This document shows, in pieces, positions 1 to 8,330 of a stretch of 22,129 bases of DNA. The notes beneath the pieces are model-generated. The model was not told where the DNA came from and did no database searches. It worked only from the letters and a program-made list of their open reading frames with translations. Source of the DNA: Acholeplasma sp. (GTDB lineage Bacteria; Bacillota_I; Bacilli_A; Acholeplasmatales; UBA5453). A program made the translations under genes and the position numbers. How positions within the stretch are numbered: position 1 is the first letter of the stretch; every line of letters begins with the position of its first letter. Where the stretch lies: contig JAVBWN010000004.1 of assembly GCA_036677365.1 (NCBI GenBank), positions 1 to 22,129 of the forward strand, read 5' to 3'.

Positions 1-104
1 ATTTTCACAATACGCGTATTTAATACCAAGTTTATAGTAGACTTATATAAAACTGATTGAAAGAACATTCGGAAAGCGAACAATAAAAGACGAACTTTCC
101 TAGT

Positions 105-136
105 AAATAAAAAAATAAGGAACAATGTCCTTATTT
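105..136 (-). terminator. Intrinsic terminator of acpP
   Basis: Stem AAATAAGGA (113-121) / TCCTTATTT (128-136), 6-nt loop, overlapping the acpP stop; the A-run at 105-112 gives a U-tract on the minus strand. Confidence 0.8.
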
Positions 137-361
137 ACCTTGCGACTCGATATATTTGACTAAATCGCCAACAGTTTTTAAGTTTTGAGCAGCTTCGTCT
201 GAAATTGAAATATCAAATTCATCTTCGATGTTCATAATTAATTCAACTGCGTCTAATGAATCCGCACCAAGATCTTCTTGTAAGCGAGCTTCTAATGTGA
301 TTTTTGACTCTTCAACTTTTAACTCATTTAATATCATTTTTTTAACGCGTTCGAATGCCAT
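131..361 (-). CDS. acpP: Acyl carrier protein (76 aa; start reassigned to ATG 361, MAFERVKK)
   Basis: Acidic small protein with the phosphopantetheine motif [22 protein letters not shown] at 372-378. The ORF-track start at 424 is the TTG of the -35 box. Confidence 0.96.
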   Translation of the reverse strand: MAFERVKKMILNELKVEESKITLEARLQEDLGADSLDAVELIMNIEDEFDISISDEAAQNLKTVGDLVKYIESQGK

Positions 362-395
362 AGAATGATATCCTCCTTTATTGTAGTCATATGCT

Positions 396-424
396 ATTGT
401 AATCCAAAAGGGTTCATTTGTCAA
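396..424 (-). promoter_or_regulatory. Sigma70/SigA promoter of acpP
   Basis: Minus-strand TTGACA (424-419), 17-nt spacer, TACAAT (401-396). Confidence 0.85.
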
Positions 425-710
425 TCATTGTGAGCGTTTTTTATTTGAATATCAAATTAATAATTTCGGCACTATATTTTTGGTATTTTAGTAAAATCAT
501 ATTTAATGGCTTAATGAGGTCGCTTTAAGGAATATATGCTATAATATTCACATATATTTTAAGTGTAATCATATTTAATTTTACATCTAATAAAATCCAT
601 AAAGCGTCATCAAGAATCAATTAGCCCTCTTTTAAGGCGTTATAAACGATCGCTTTCGACAGTCTAGATTGGATTCAGCATCGATTTGATTACAGTATGA
701 TCAGCGCATA

Positions 711-920
711 TTAAGTCATTCCTGTCATCATAATGGCTCATAGAATGATGATGAAAAATGGAACGATGAAAAAACACCCAAGCCATTCAATACTTTGGTG
801 CCCTTTCGTTATGACTTATGAATAAGAAATACACAACGGTAAAAAGGCGCATTGAAAAACCATTCGTACTATTTTGTCATGATCCGAACTGTATTCAAGT
901 CCACAATTTGGACAATGTAC
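711..920 (-). pseudogene. Probable decayed gene: CxxC zinc-ribbon half followed by two hydrophobic segments
   Basis: One minus frame reads VHCPNCGLEYSSDHDKIVRMVFQCAFLPLCISYS*VITKGHQSIEWLGCFFIVPFFIIIL*AIMMTGMT*, with internal stops and no start codon. Confidence 0.35.
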
Positions 921-1147
921 TAAAGTTCTCCTTCATCATACGTGGTTAACCGTTCAGCGTGATAACTATGATTCTCAATGATTTGAATGACTTCGGTTTC
1001 ATTCATATCTTCATAGTAAAATTTCGCAATCATGGTTTGAACATTGATATCCACCTTGATGGCACCGGCATCTTTACTTAGTTTTTCAATCATGTACAAG
1101 CAGGACCCACAATGGAGTCCATCGAGTTTTACAACGAGTACTTTCAT
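920..1147 (-). CDS. Heavy-metal-associated (HMA, CopZ-like) domain protein
   Basis: 75 aa with the GLHCGSC metal-binding motif near the N-terminus; ATGA overlap with the esterase stop at 1144-1147. Confidence 0.8.
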   Translation of the reverse strand: MKVLVVKLDGLHCGSCLYMIEKLSKDAGAIKVDINVQTMIAKFYYEDMNETEVIQIIENHSYHAERLTTYDEGEL

Positions 1148-1833
1148 AGTCTTGACCTCACAAAGGAAATAATATCTTCAATCATGGATTGGGTTAGTTC
1201 ATGTCCACAAGGATACCCTTGATAAACATAACGCGCATGACTCAATGGTTGAATGAATGATTTGGCAGGTTCAAAAGACACTACATCATCATATTCGCCA
1301 TTCAATATAAATGCATAGCTTGGTGTAAACGCCTTCGCTTCCAGTGTCAATGCTTTGAGTTTTGGTATGAGTTCATTCATTTTTTCACCCAGAATCGCGC
1401 TCTTTTTCATTTGATAATGTTTGTATAAATCTGGTGAACCAATGATTGGGATACAAAACTCTAACTGTAAATACCGGTTGAGGAGAAACGCAATATGTCC
1501 CCCCATCGAAATCCCTAAAATGGACACTTTTTGTGTTCTTTTACTGTAATGGTGTGTGTACAAATACACAATATCTTTAAGTGTTTCTTCAATCACCATA
1601 ACCATTTCATACGTGGTTTCTTGTGGATTGTTTGCGATATACGGTGCTGATAATCGGTCACCATGCTTGTAGGCATCTAAGGTAACCACATCAAAGCCCA
1701 TCTCATAAATTTGTTCGGCTAAACCTCCAAATTGATTTAAGGATTTATTACCAAAATGGCCGTGCATCAAAATGAATAGGCCTCTGGGTTGTTCGTGTAA
1801 CATTTCAATAACAGGGATATTGAACCGAATCAT
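1144..1833 (-). CDS. Alpha/beta-hydrolase esterase (YjfP/YitV-like)
   Basis: LMHG oxyanion region, GISMGG nucleophile elbow, Asp in GEYDDVV, His in CGHEL; ATGA overlap with the GH3 stop at 1830-1833. Confidence 0.85.
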   Translation of the reverse strand: MIRFNIPVIEMLHEQPRGLFILMHGHFGNKSLNQFGGLAEQIYEMGFDVVTLDAYKHGDRLSAPYIANNPQETTYEMVMVIEETLKDIVYLYTHHYSKRTQKVSILGISMGGHIAFLLNRYLQLEFCIPIIGSPDLYKHYQMKKSAILGEKMNELIPKLKALTLEAKAFTPSYAFILNGEYDDVVSFEPAKSFIQPLSHARYVYQGYPCGHELTQSMIEDIISFVRSRL

Positions 1834-4172
1834 ATCAACTTAACCAATCCTCTAAATGGGTGTTTGTTCATGATATCAATGAGACCCAAAACGCGTCTAT
1901 GGGTAAACTTGTCGCCTGAAAATAGGGGGATAGCACGTAATGGCAATTCTTCAAACTGTTCTTTCATCATTTTCTTGGTTGCGGCATCAGCAGGTGTTTT
2001 TTGAATTTCTTTAATACCTATTCGGTGGATGAGGCCGCCAATGCGGGTATCTTTGATTTCACCAATCGTTGAATTCAAATGGTACTTGTGTTTTTCAGTG
2101 TCCTCTTTTGGTGGCAATGTCCCATACAAATCTTCAAAATCATGAACACTGATGTAGCGATCAAATGTATGATAAACCGTAGATTCGGTTGGGTCAACTG
2201 TATCTCCATCCACCTGTACAACTTCTATATGATAAAAGGTTCGTGATGAATCACCAATTTTAATTTCATATTGCCCCTTTTTGACTCTGAATTCATCGAT
2301 TTCAGTATCGTAATAATCAAAATCGCTGTGTTGAATATCAAAGGTAACTTTCACTGTATCATTGGCTTTTACCCACACTTTTTGATAAGCTCTCAATTCT
2401 TGTGAGGGTTTATGAATTTCTGTGCCTAAATCTGTAATATAGATTTGAACGGTTTCTTTACCATCGATATTTGAGGTATTGGTAACATCCATTGTTACTT
2501 GAATGGATTTATTTGCTTTGATATGTTTGCTCGAAAAATGAACATTATGAATATTGAATGTACTATAGCTGAGTCCAAACCCAAATGGGTAACTGACCAT
2601 CAATCCTTTTTTGTCATAATACCGATAGCCGATGTATATCGATTCCGCATAATACACTGATTTTGTCCCACCCGGAAAGAATGGGTACGAAGGGGTATCA
2701 TCTAAATGGATTGGATAGGTTTCTGCGAGTTTACCACTTGGATTTACTTTTCCATATAACAGATCATATATCGCAAGTGCCCCTGCTTCACCCGGTAAAT
2801 AGGCGTTCAAAATGGCTTTGACATCGTCTTTATAAGGCAATAAGGTGACGGACCCACCTTGTAATACAATCACCACATTGTTGTGTTTTTCAGTGATGGC
2901 GTCGATGAGTTTGAGTTGTTGTTGAGGTAAATTGAGGTGGGTTCGATCATACCCTTCCGATTCATATAATTCAGTTAAACCTACAGACAAAACAATGACA
3001 TCCTTGGACTCACAAACCTTCAAAGCGTCAAGGATATGATGTGGGTATTCATTTTGATCGAGTGAATACCCATCGGCATATTCAAATGTAATGTTTTCTT
3101 GAGTAAAAATGTCGAAAAGTGTGTCCACTTTATTCGGATTTACTTTGGATGAACCTGACCCTTGAATACGCGGTTCTTTGGCAAATCGACCAATTAAAGC
3201 AACCTTTTGATCTATTTTTAATGGTAAAATGCCTTCATTTTTGAGTAACACCATCGATTCTGAGGCGATTTTTCTGGCGAGTTCATGGTGGTGATCTATC
3301 GGCATTTTTTCTTTCTTCTGACTGCCCTTTTCTAACATCCATAACAATGGTTTAACAGCAAAATCGATTTCACCATCGGTGATTTGTTCTTTTTTATAGG
3401 CTTTCCAAAGAATTTTGTTTTTTGACCCTGGCATTTCAAGGCTCAATCCCGCTTTAAGTGAAGCGACACGGTCGTTCATTGCGCCCCAGTCGGTGATGTA
3501 AGCACCTTTGAAGCCATAGCGATTTCTGCCAATCGCAGACATAAATAACTTGGATTCAGCCACATAAGACCCGTTTACTTTGTTGTAAGCCGTCATGATG
3601 GCCCAAGGTTTCGCTTGGATGGCTATGCCAAAGCCTTTTAAATAGATTTCATACATCGCTCTTTTGTCGATGATCGCATCCACTGTCATGCGGTGTTTTT
3701 CTTGATTATTCGCGAAATAGTGTTTCAAACACGTACCAACATTGAGGCTTTGAACCCCTTCTATATAACTTTTTGAAAGCGTCCCCGCCAACAGTGGGTC
3801 TTCACTAAAATATTCAAAGTTTCGTCCACAAAGTGGGCTACGCTTCATGTTGATGCCTGGACCAAGGATCAAGGAGACATCTTGATGAATGGCTTCCTTG
3901 GCAAGTGCTTGACCCAGTTCATACATGAGATTGGTGTCAAAAGAACACGCCAATAACGAAGCGGTTGGGAAACAAGTGGCAGGGTGTGAGGCTGCGATAC
4001 CCATCGCGTCATTCGAAGCTTGTTTTCTTAAGCCATGGGGGCCATCGGTCATCATAAATCGCTTAAGGCCAAGCTTTTCATTGTGCTTAATATACCATAA
4101 GCCATCCCCGGATAATAAATTCAATTTTTCTTGTACGGTCAGTTTTTCTAAGTTTTTTTGTAGATTTTCCAT
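1830..4172 (-). CDS. Glycoside hydrolase family 3 beta-glucosidase, cytoplasmic, with Fn3-like domain (start likely ATG 4172, MENLQ)
   Basis: Motifs MTDGPHGLRK, RSPLCGRNFEYFSEDP, KHYFAN, nucleophile ITDWGA, ESEGYDR, YPFGFGLSY; no signal peptide; RBS GAGGG at 4178-4182. Confidence 0.95.
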   Translation of the reverse strand: MENLQKNLEKLTVQEKLNLLSGDGLWYIKHNEKLGLKRFMMTDGPHGLRKQASNDAMGIAASHPATCFPTASLLACSFDTNLMYELGQALAKEAIHQDVSLILGPGINMKRSPLCGRNFEYFSEDPLLAGTLSKSYIEGVQSLNVGTCLKHYFANNQEKHRMTVDAIIDKRAMYEIYLKGFGIAIQAKPWAIMTAYNKVNGSYVAESKLFMSAIGRNRYGFKGAYITDWGAMNDRVASLKAGLSLEMPGSKNKILWKAYKKEQITDGEIDFAVKPLLWMLEKGSQKKEKMPIDHHHELARKIASESMVLLKNEGILPLKIDQKVALIGRFAKEPRIQGSGSSKVNPNKVDTLFDIFTQENITFEYADGYSLDQNEYPHHILDALKVCESKDVIVLSVGLTELYESEGYDRTHLNLPQQQLKLIDAITEKHNNVVIVLQGGSVTLLPYKDDVKAILNAYLPGEAGALAIYDLLYGKVNPSGKLAETYPIHLDDTPSYPFFPGGTKSVYYAESIYIGYRYYDKKGLMVSYPFGFGLSYSTFNIHNVHFSSKHIKANKSIQVTMDVTNTSNIDGKETVQIYITDLGTEIHKPSQELRAYQKVWVKANDTVKVTFDIQHSDFDYYDTEIDEFRVKKGQYEIKIGDSSRTFYHIEVVQVDGDTVDPTESTVYHTFDRYISVHDFEDLYGTLPPKEDTEKHKYHLNSTIGEIKDTRIGGLIHRIGIKEIQKTPADAATKKMMKEQFEELPLRAIPLFSGDKFTHRRVLGLIDIMNKHPFRGLVKLI

Positions 4173-4173
4173 G

Positions 4174-4773
4174 TTATCCCTCAATCAATCTCAATAATTC
4201 TTTGATGAAGTATTGTCTAAAGGTCTCATTTTTAAATGTTTCGATTTGTGAATTTAAAGGGGTATTGTTCGATGCGATTGAAATGAATAGTGGCATCGCG
4301 AAGCTAGAGAATAAAATCATATACTTGGCATAAATAACCATCGGTTCGATTGTTTTGACTTCAACATTCAATTTTTCATAAATCATTTGAGTGAAACTAT
4401 TGTTTGAAAAGAATGTTTCAATGAGCTGATTGCCTGCACGTTCACTGGAATCTTGATTTAAAAATAGATAAGAAATCAATCCGATATTTTCTAAAGAGAA
4501 ATTATAGGTGTAGGTAATCATGGCTTCAAGCAATTCAGACTTGGTTTTGTCTTGATTGATTTCCAATAAATGGATGATTTCTTGTTTTAACTGACCAATG
4601 ACTTCATCCACCACTTGTTCAATCAAGAGTTCTTTTGAACCAAAATAGTAATTTACCGAAGCAATGTTCATGTAACACTTATCTGCGATGTCTTTGATGG
4701 TGACATTGCGTTTTTGAGAAATCAGTGCCTTGGTTTCACTGATGATTTTCTTTTTGATTTCTAAATTTCTCAT
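4174..4773 (-). CDS. TetR/AcrR family transcriptional regulator
   Basis: N-terminal HTH VTIKDIADKCYMNIASVNYYFGSKELL; RBS GGAGG upstream; divergent from the MMPL gene. Confidence 0.92.
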   Translation of the reverse strand: MRNLEIKKKIISETKALISQKRNVTIKDIADKCYMNIASVNYYFGSKELLIEQVVDEVIGQLKQEIIHLLEINQDKTKSELLEAMITYTYNFSLENIGLISYLFLNQDSSERAGNQLIETFFSNNSFTQMIYEKLNVEVKTIEPMVIYAKYMILFSSFAMPLFISIASNNTPLNSQIETFKNETFRQYFIKELLRLIEG

Positions 4774-4788
4774 AGGACCTCCAAATGG

Positions 4789-4879
4789 GTTTTGAAATGA
4801 TTTTTAAAACGGGATTTCATATCTTATTTATATCACAAAGGGTATAAGATTAAAATATAGATTTAAAATGATTATTTGA
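4789..4879. promoter_or_regulatory. Divergent promoter region with candidate TetR operators
   Basis: Imperfect palindrome GTTTTgAAA-tgat-TTTtAAAAC (4789-4810); related copy TTTAAAATGATTATTTGA (4862-4879); inverted repeat ATCTTAT/ATAAGAT (4821-4850). Confidence 0.45.
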
Positions 4880-4901
4880 TTATTTCAAGAAAGGGGCATT
4901 T

Positions 4902-6932
4902 ATGAACTATTTTATATCAAAAAAAGGTCGTTTTTGGACGATGTTGGTTGTAACGATATTGACACTACTCTCTGGCGTACTGGCCTTCAGTGTTAAAACC
5001 AATTATGATATGACCGCTTATTTACCACAAGATTCGAATACCAAACAAGGCATTGAAATCCTAGAAAACACTTTTGGCAACCATACTTCCATTGAGTTGG
5101 TCGTCGATGGTTTTTCTGTGAATGAAGTTGTGAATTTAAAAGAGGCTATTGCACAAATAGATCATGTCTATGGTGTGGTGTGGTTAGATGATTATGTTGA
5201 CTTATCCGTTGTGCCGTTGGATGTTGTCCCTGCCGATGTCAAAGCCCCATTTTATGTGGATGGTAAGTCCAAACTGATGATCGAGTTTGATTTAGACAGT
5301 TACGATACCCGATTGGATGATGTGATTGAGGCAATTCAGGATTTATCCACAGAACACTTATACATGCGTGGTGAAGTGTTGAATAACCTTGAGTCTCATC
5401 GTGTAGCCTCGAAGCAACTTTTCTTAATCATGGCCATCATTGTCCCTCTCTGTATCATCATCATGGTTTTCGCATCCAAATCTTATATGGAGGCGGTTTT
5501 GATTTTGGTTACTTTGGGCATCGCGATTGTCCTGAATCTAGGCACAAACCTAATCTTAGGTAGCGTTTCATTCATTACCATGACGATGGCGATGGCTTTA
5601 CAACTTGCTATGTCATTGGACTACACCTTATTCTTGTTACATAGGTACCATGAATACAAGGATTTATCTGTGATAGACCGCGTCAAAATGGCTGTGAAAA
5701 AGAGTTTCGTTTCGATTACTGTTTCGAGTTTAACAACAGTATTTGGATTCATTGCTTTGTGTTTTATGTCTTATGGTATTGGACTCGATATGGGCTTAGT
5801 ATTGGCCAAAGGGATTTTGTTATCCTATCTTTCGACCATCATCATTTTGCCTGTGTTGTTAATTTTATGTCATCGCTGGATTGAAAAAACAACCCACCGT
5901 ACATGGATGCCATCATTCAATCGTTTAGGTGGGTGGTTGTATCGTGCCCGATATTATTTGATGGGGTTATTTATGGTGGTTGCTTTGGGTAGTTATTTCG
6001 TACAAAAAGAAGCCGATTACTTATATCAAAACACCGGTCACGCCACATCTACTATCGCTTCTGACCAAGCATTCATCGAAACACATTTTGGTTCTTTTAA
6101 CCCATTGGTTATTTTGATTCAGGGTGAAGATGTCGAAAGGGAAGTTGGATTGGTATCTGAATTACTTCAAAATGAACATGTTTTATCTGTGAATGCGTTG
6201 GTTACGACGGTAGATCCGAACATTCCAAGGGCACTCATCCCTGATACTGTCAAGGGTGCATTCATCCAAAACGGGTACATTCGTATCATCCTAAACACCG
6301 ATATATCAAAAGAAAGTGCTGAATTTTATGCATTGAATACATTCATCAAATCTAAAACAGAAAGCTTTTTTGAAGATGCCTATTATGTGGGTGTGATGCC
6401 AGCGACATCTGATATCAAGGGCTTAATATTAAGTGATACGGCTTTGGTTTTATGGCTATCGATTGGATTAGTCGCTTTGGTCATTGGGGTGGCATTTAAA
6501 TCCATCTTGATCCCATTGATTTTGGTTCTTATAATTGAAGCTTCAATCTGGTTTAACATCGCCATCAATGTCTGGTTATCGACTGAAATCCTTTATGTCG
6601 GTTATCTCATCATATTGTCTATTCAACTCGGTGCAACCATCGATTATGCGGTATTATTAACCTCACGGTATTTGGAAGAAAGAAAATCCTTAAGTGGAAA
6701 AGATGCTTACCAAAAAGCCATCGAAAAATCGTTGCCATCGATTCTCATATCGGCCCTTATTTTATCGTTTGCGGGATTCACAGAAGCCATCGTATCCGAT
6801 ATGGATGCGATTCAAGATATTGGCATTATGTTGGGTCGAGGTACCATATTCTCTTGGTTATTCAGTGTTGGTTTTGTACTCCCATTCATCAGTATCATTG
6901 TAGAAATAAGACAGAAAAAGCCTAGGAACTAG
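4902..6932 (+). CDS. MMPL/RND family transporter
   Basis: Two repeats of TM, extracytoplasmic domain and 5 TMs; paired DY motifs LAMSLDYTLFLLHRYHE and LGATIDYAVLLTSRYLEE; RBS AAAGGGG. Confidence 0.9.
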   Translation: MNYFISKKGRFWTMLVVTILTLLSGVLAFSVKTNYDMTAYLPQDSNTKQGIEILENTFGNHTSIELVVDGFSVNEVVNLKEAIAQIDHVYGVVWLDDYVDLSVVPLDVVPADVKAPFYVDGKSKLMIEFDLDSYDTRLDDVIEAIQDLSTEHLYMRGEVLNNLESHRVASKQLFLIMAIIVPLCIIIMVFASKSYMEAVLILVTLGIAIVLNLGTNLILGSVSFITMTMAMALQLAMSLDYTLFLLHRYHEYKDLSVIDRVKMAVKKSFVSITVSSLTTVFGFIALCFMSYGIGLDMGLVLAKGILLSYLSTIIILPVLLILCHRWIEKTTHRTWMPSFNRLGGWLYRARYYLMGLFMVVALGSYFVQKEADYLYQNTGHATSTIASDQAFIETHFGSFNPLVILIQGEDVEREVGLVSELLQNEHVLSVNALVTTVDPNIPRALIPDTVKGAFIQNGYIRIILNTDISKESAEFYALNTFIKSKTESFFEDAYYVGVMPATSDIKGLILSDTALVLWLSIGLVALVIGVAFKSILIPLILVLIIEASIWFNIAINVWLSTEILYVGYLIILSIQLGATIDYAVLLTSRYLEERKSLSGKDAYQKAIEKSLPSILISALILSFAGFTEAIVSDMDAIQDIGIMLGRGTIFSWLFSVGFVLPFISIIVEIRQKKPRN

Positions 6933-6939
6933 GCTTTTT
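6915..6939. terminator. Bidirectional intrinsic terminator between the MMPL and Fpg-like genes
   Basis: AAAAAGCCTAG-GAA-CTAGGCTTTTT between convergent genes, overlapping the MMPL stop. Confidence 0.88.
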
Positions 6940-6941
6940 GC

Positions 6942-7763
6942 TTATTTTTGGCAATGTGGACAAAATATGACTTTACCACCTAAATAGTTTTTCTCATTTA
7001 AATTGGATTGGCATACCGGACAAAAACCACGTTGAGCACGCATGATGACATCGTATTCACCTGGGTGGCCCAATAAGTCATGGTTGTTATTTCGGCCTTT
7101 TTGATTGTATATGGTTTGAATGGTTGAGCGAGTAGATTCATACAACGCTACTTTTTCAAAGTCCTTTAGGGTTTCTACTTTTCGATCGGGTCTAATACGG
7201 GCATGAAATAAAATGTCTTGTACTGTCCCATTCCCCAATCCAGGGATTTTTTGTTCGGTAGCCAGTGCTTGTTTGATTGAGTGTTTGGGTTCATTGAGCT
7301 TGGTTTCTTGGATAAAATAATCATACGTGAATGCTTCATCCAATGGGTCTATGACCGATAAAGCGCGTTTATAATAGATGTCTTTGTCCATCAGTTCTTC
7401 GGTTTTGCCGACTTGAATAAACCCATAGAGCTTCACTTTGACCTCAAGTACCATTTCATTGTTAAAATAAAGTACCATTTGATTTTTATCCGTCACATTT
7501 TCCACGGCTTTGTATTCAAACAAGATATCTTCAAAGAAGACCAACTCACGGCCATAATCCAACATCATGCGAATCATGTTACCATTTTGTTTGACGTTTT
7601 GGATTGTTTTATTGGGTAAAACCATTTCAAAGTCTGTCGGGATATGGTTCAAAAAACAGAATTTATGGGGACGATTCATCATTTTGACTTGGGTGATTTT
7701 AAGACCTTTTAATAAGTCACACATTTGATCTTTGATCCATTTTGCTTCGCCAATTTCAATCAT
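6942..7763 (-). CDS. Fpg/Nei (endonuclease VIII-like) family protein, atypical N-terminus
   Basis: H2TH motif KQALATEQKIPGLGNGTVQDILFHARIRP; C-terminal zinc finger CPVC...CPHCQ; N-terminus MIEIGE instead of MPELPE; RBS AAAGGAG. Confidence 0.85.
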   Translation of the reverse strand: MIEIGEAKWIKDQMCDLLKGLKITQVKMMNRPHKFCFLNHIPTDFEMVLPNKTIQNVKQNGNMIRMMLDYGRELVFFEDILFEYKAVENVTDKNQMVLYFNNEMVLEVKVKLYGFIQVGKTEELMDKDIYYKRALSVIDPLDEAFTYDYFIQETKLNEPKHSIKQALATEQKIPGLGNGTVQDILFHARIRPDRKVETLKDFEKVALYESTRSTIQTIYNQKGRNNNHDLLGHPGEYDVIMRAQRGFCPVCQSNLNEKNYLGGKVIFCPHCQK

Positions 7764-7813
7764 GGGTATGCTCCTTTATTCAATTCATTTAAGTTCATCG
7801 ATTTCTTTACTTC

Positions 7814-7822
7814 ATTATATCA
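7814..7822 (-). promoter_or_regulatory. Extended -10 promoter of the Fpg-like gene
   Basis: Minus-strand TGATATAAT about 50 nt upstream of the ATG. Confidence 0.6.
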
Positions 7823-7834
7823 TTGTTTAGGAAG

Positions 7835-7872
7835 AAAAAACCACACATTCTGCCTAGATTTTGTGTGGTTTT
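7835..7872 (-). terminator. Intrinsic terminator after the small membrane protein gene
   Basis: AAAACCACACA (7837-7847) / TGTGTGGTTTT (7862-7872), with a U-tract on the minus strand. Confidence 0.7.
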
Positions 7873-7895
7873 GATACAATATTCACATCTTATTG

Positions 7896-8231
7896 CTAAA
7901 AAATGAGGTAGTATACGCTAAATAAGAAAATGAATCCACCTGCAATTAGAGTAAGATAGGCACTGAATTTTGCCATGGTCAAATCGTGTTCTGTTAGTTC
8001 ACGACTTTGCCAAAAACGACGTCTTCTGCGAAACACTGCCGCGTAAAAAAGTAACCCTTGTTCGCTTGTTACAGCAAAAATCGATGGTACCATCAGGATG
8101 ACACTTAAGAAAAACATCGTCCATTCATTGCCAATGAAGATATCCGCAATGAAGTTGTTGTTGGCTGTGCCTTCACAACCTGTTAATACAATCAGTAATA
8201 TTAGTGATCCCAATAAAAATCCTTTTTTCAT
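7896..8231 (-). CDS. Small putative lipoprotein / membrane protein (start likely ATG 8231, MKKGFLL)
   Basis: MKK, hydrophobic stretch and LTGC lipobox, then two further hydrophobic helices flanking RRRRR; RBS GAGGA 5 nt before ATG 8231. Confidence 0.7.
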   Translation of the reverse strand: MKKGFLLGSLILLIVLTGCEGTANNNFIADIFIGNEWTMFFLSVILMVPSIFAVTSEQGLLFYAAVFRRRRRFWQSRELTEHDLTMAKFSAYLTLIAGGFIFLFSVYYLIF

Positions 8232-8298
8232 GGTTATCCTCATTCATTTATGGCATTATTTTTACCATATTCTTTATTAAGATTAACATTTTTTACAG

Positions 8299-8327
8299 AA
8301 AAAAACCACCTGTTTTGGGTGGTTTTT
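8299..8327 (-). terminator. Terminator of the atp operon
   Basis: AAAAACCACC (8301-8310) / GGTGGTTTTT (8318-8327), 3 nt past the atpC stop, with a U-tract on the minus strand. Confidence 0.85.
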
Positions 8328-8330
8328 GAA

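Noticed and set aside
61..100. LexA (GAAC-N4-GTTC) boxes
   Set aside because: The GAAC units are direct repeats without the inverted GTTC partner.
362..424. 21-aa N-terminal extension of ACP in the ORF track
   Set aside because: The extension spans the RBS and promoter, and its TTG start is the -35 box.
429..443. TGTGAGCGTTTTTT as a CcpA cre site, or TTGTGA as a Rex half-site
   Set aside because: It lacks the terminal CA of cre and the matching TCACAA half of a Rex operator.
131..6932. acpP + esterase + MMPL as a lipid or polyketide biosynthetic cluster
   Set aside because: acpP has its own promoter and terminator and looks housekeeping; no ketosynthase, ligase or PPTase is present.
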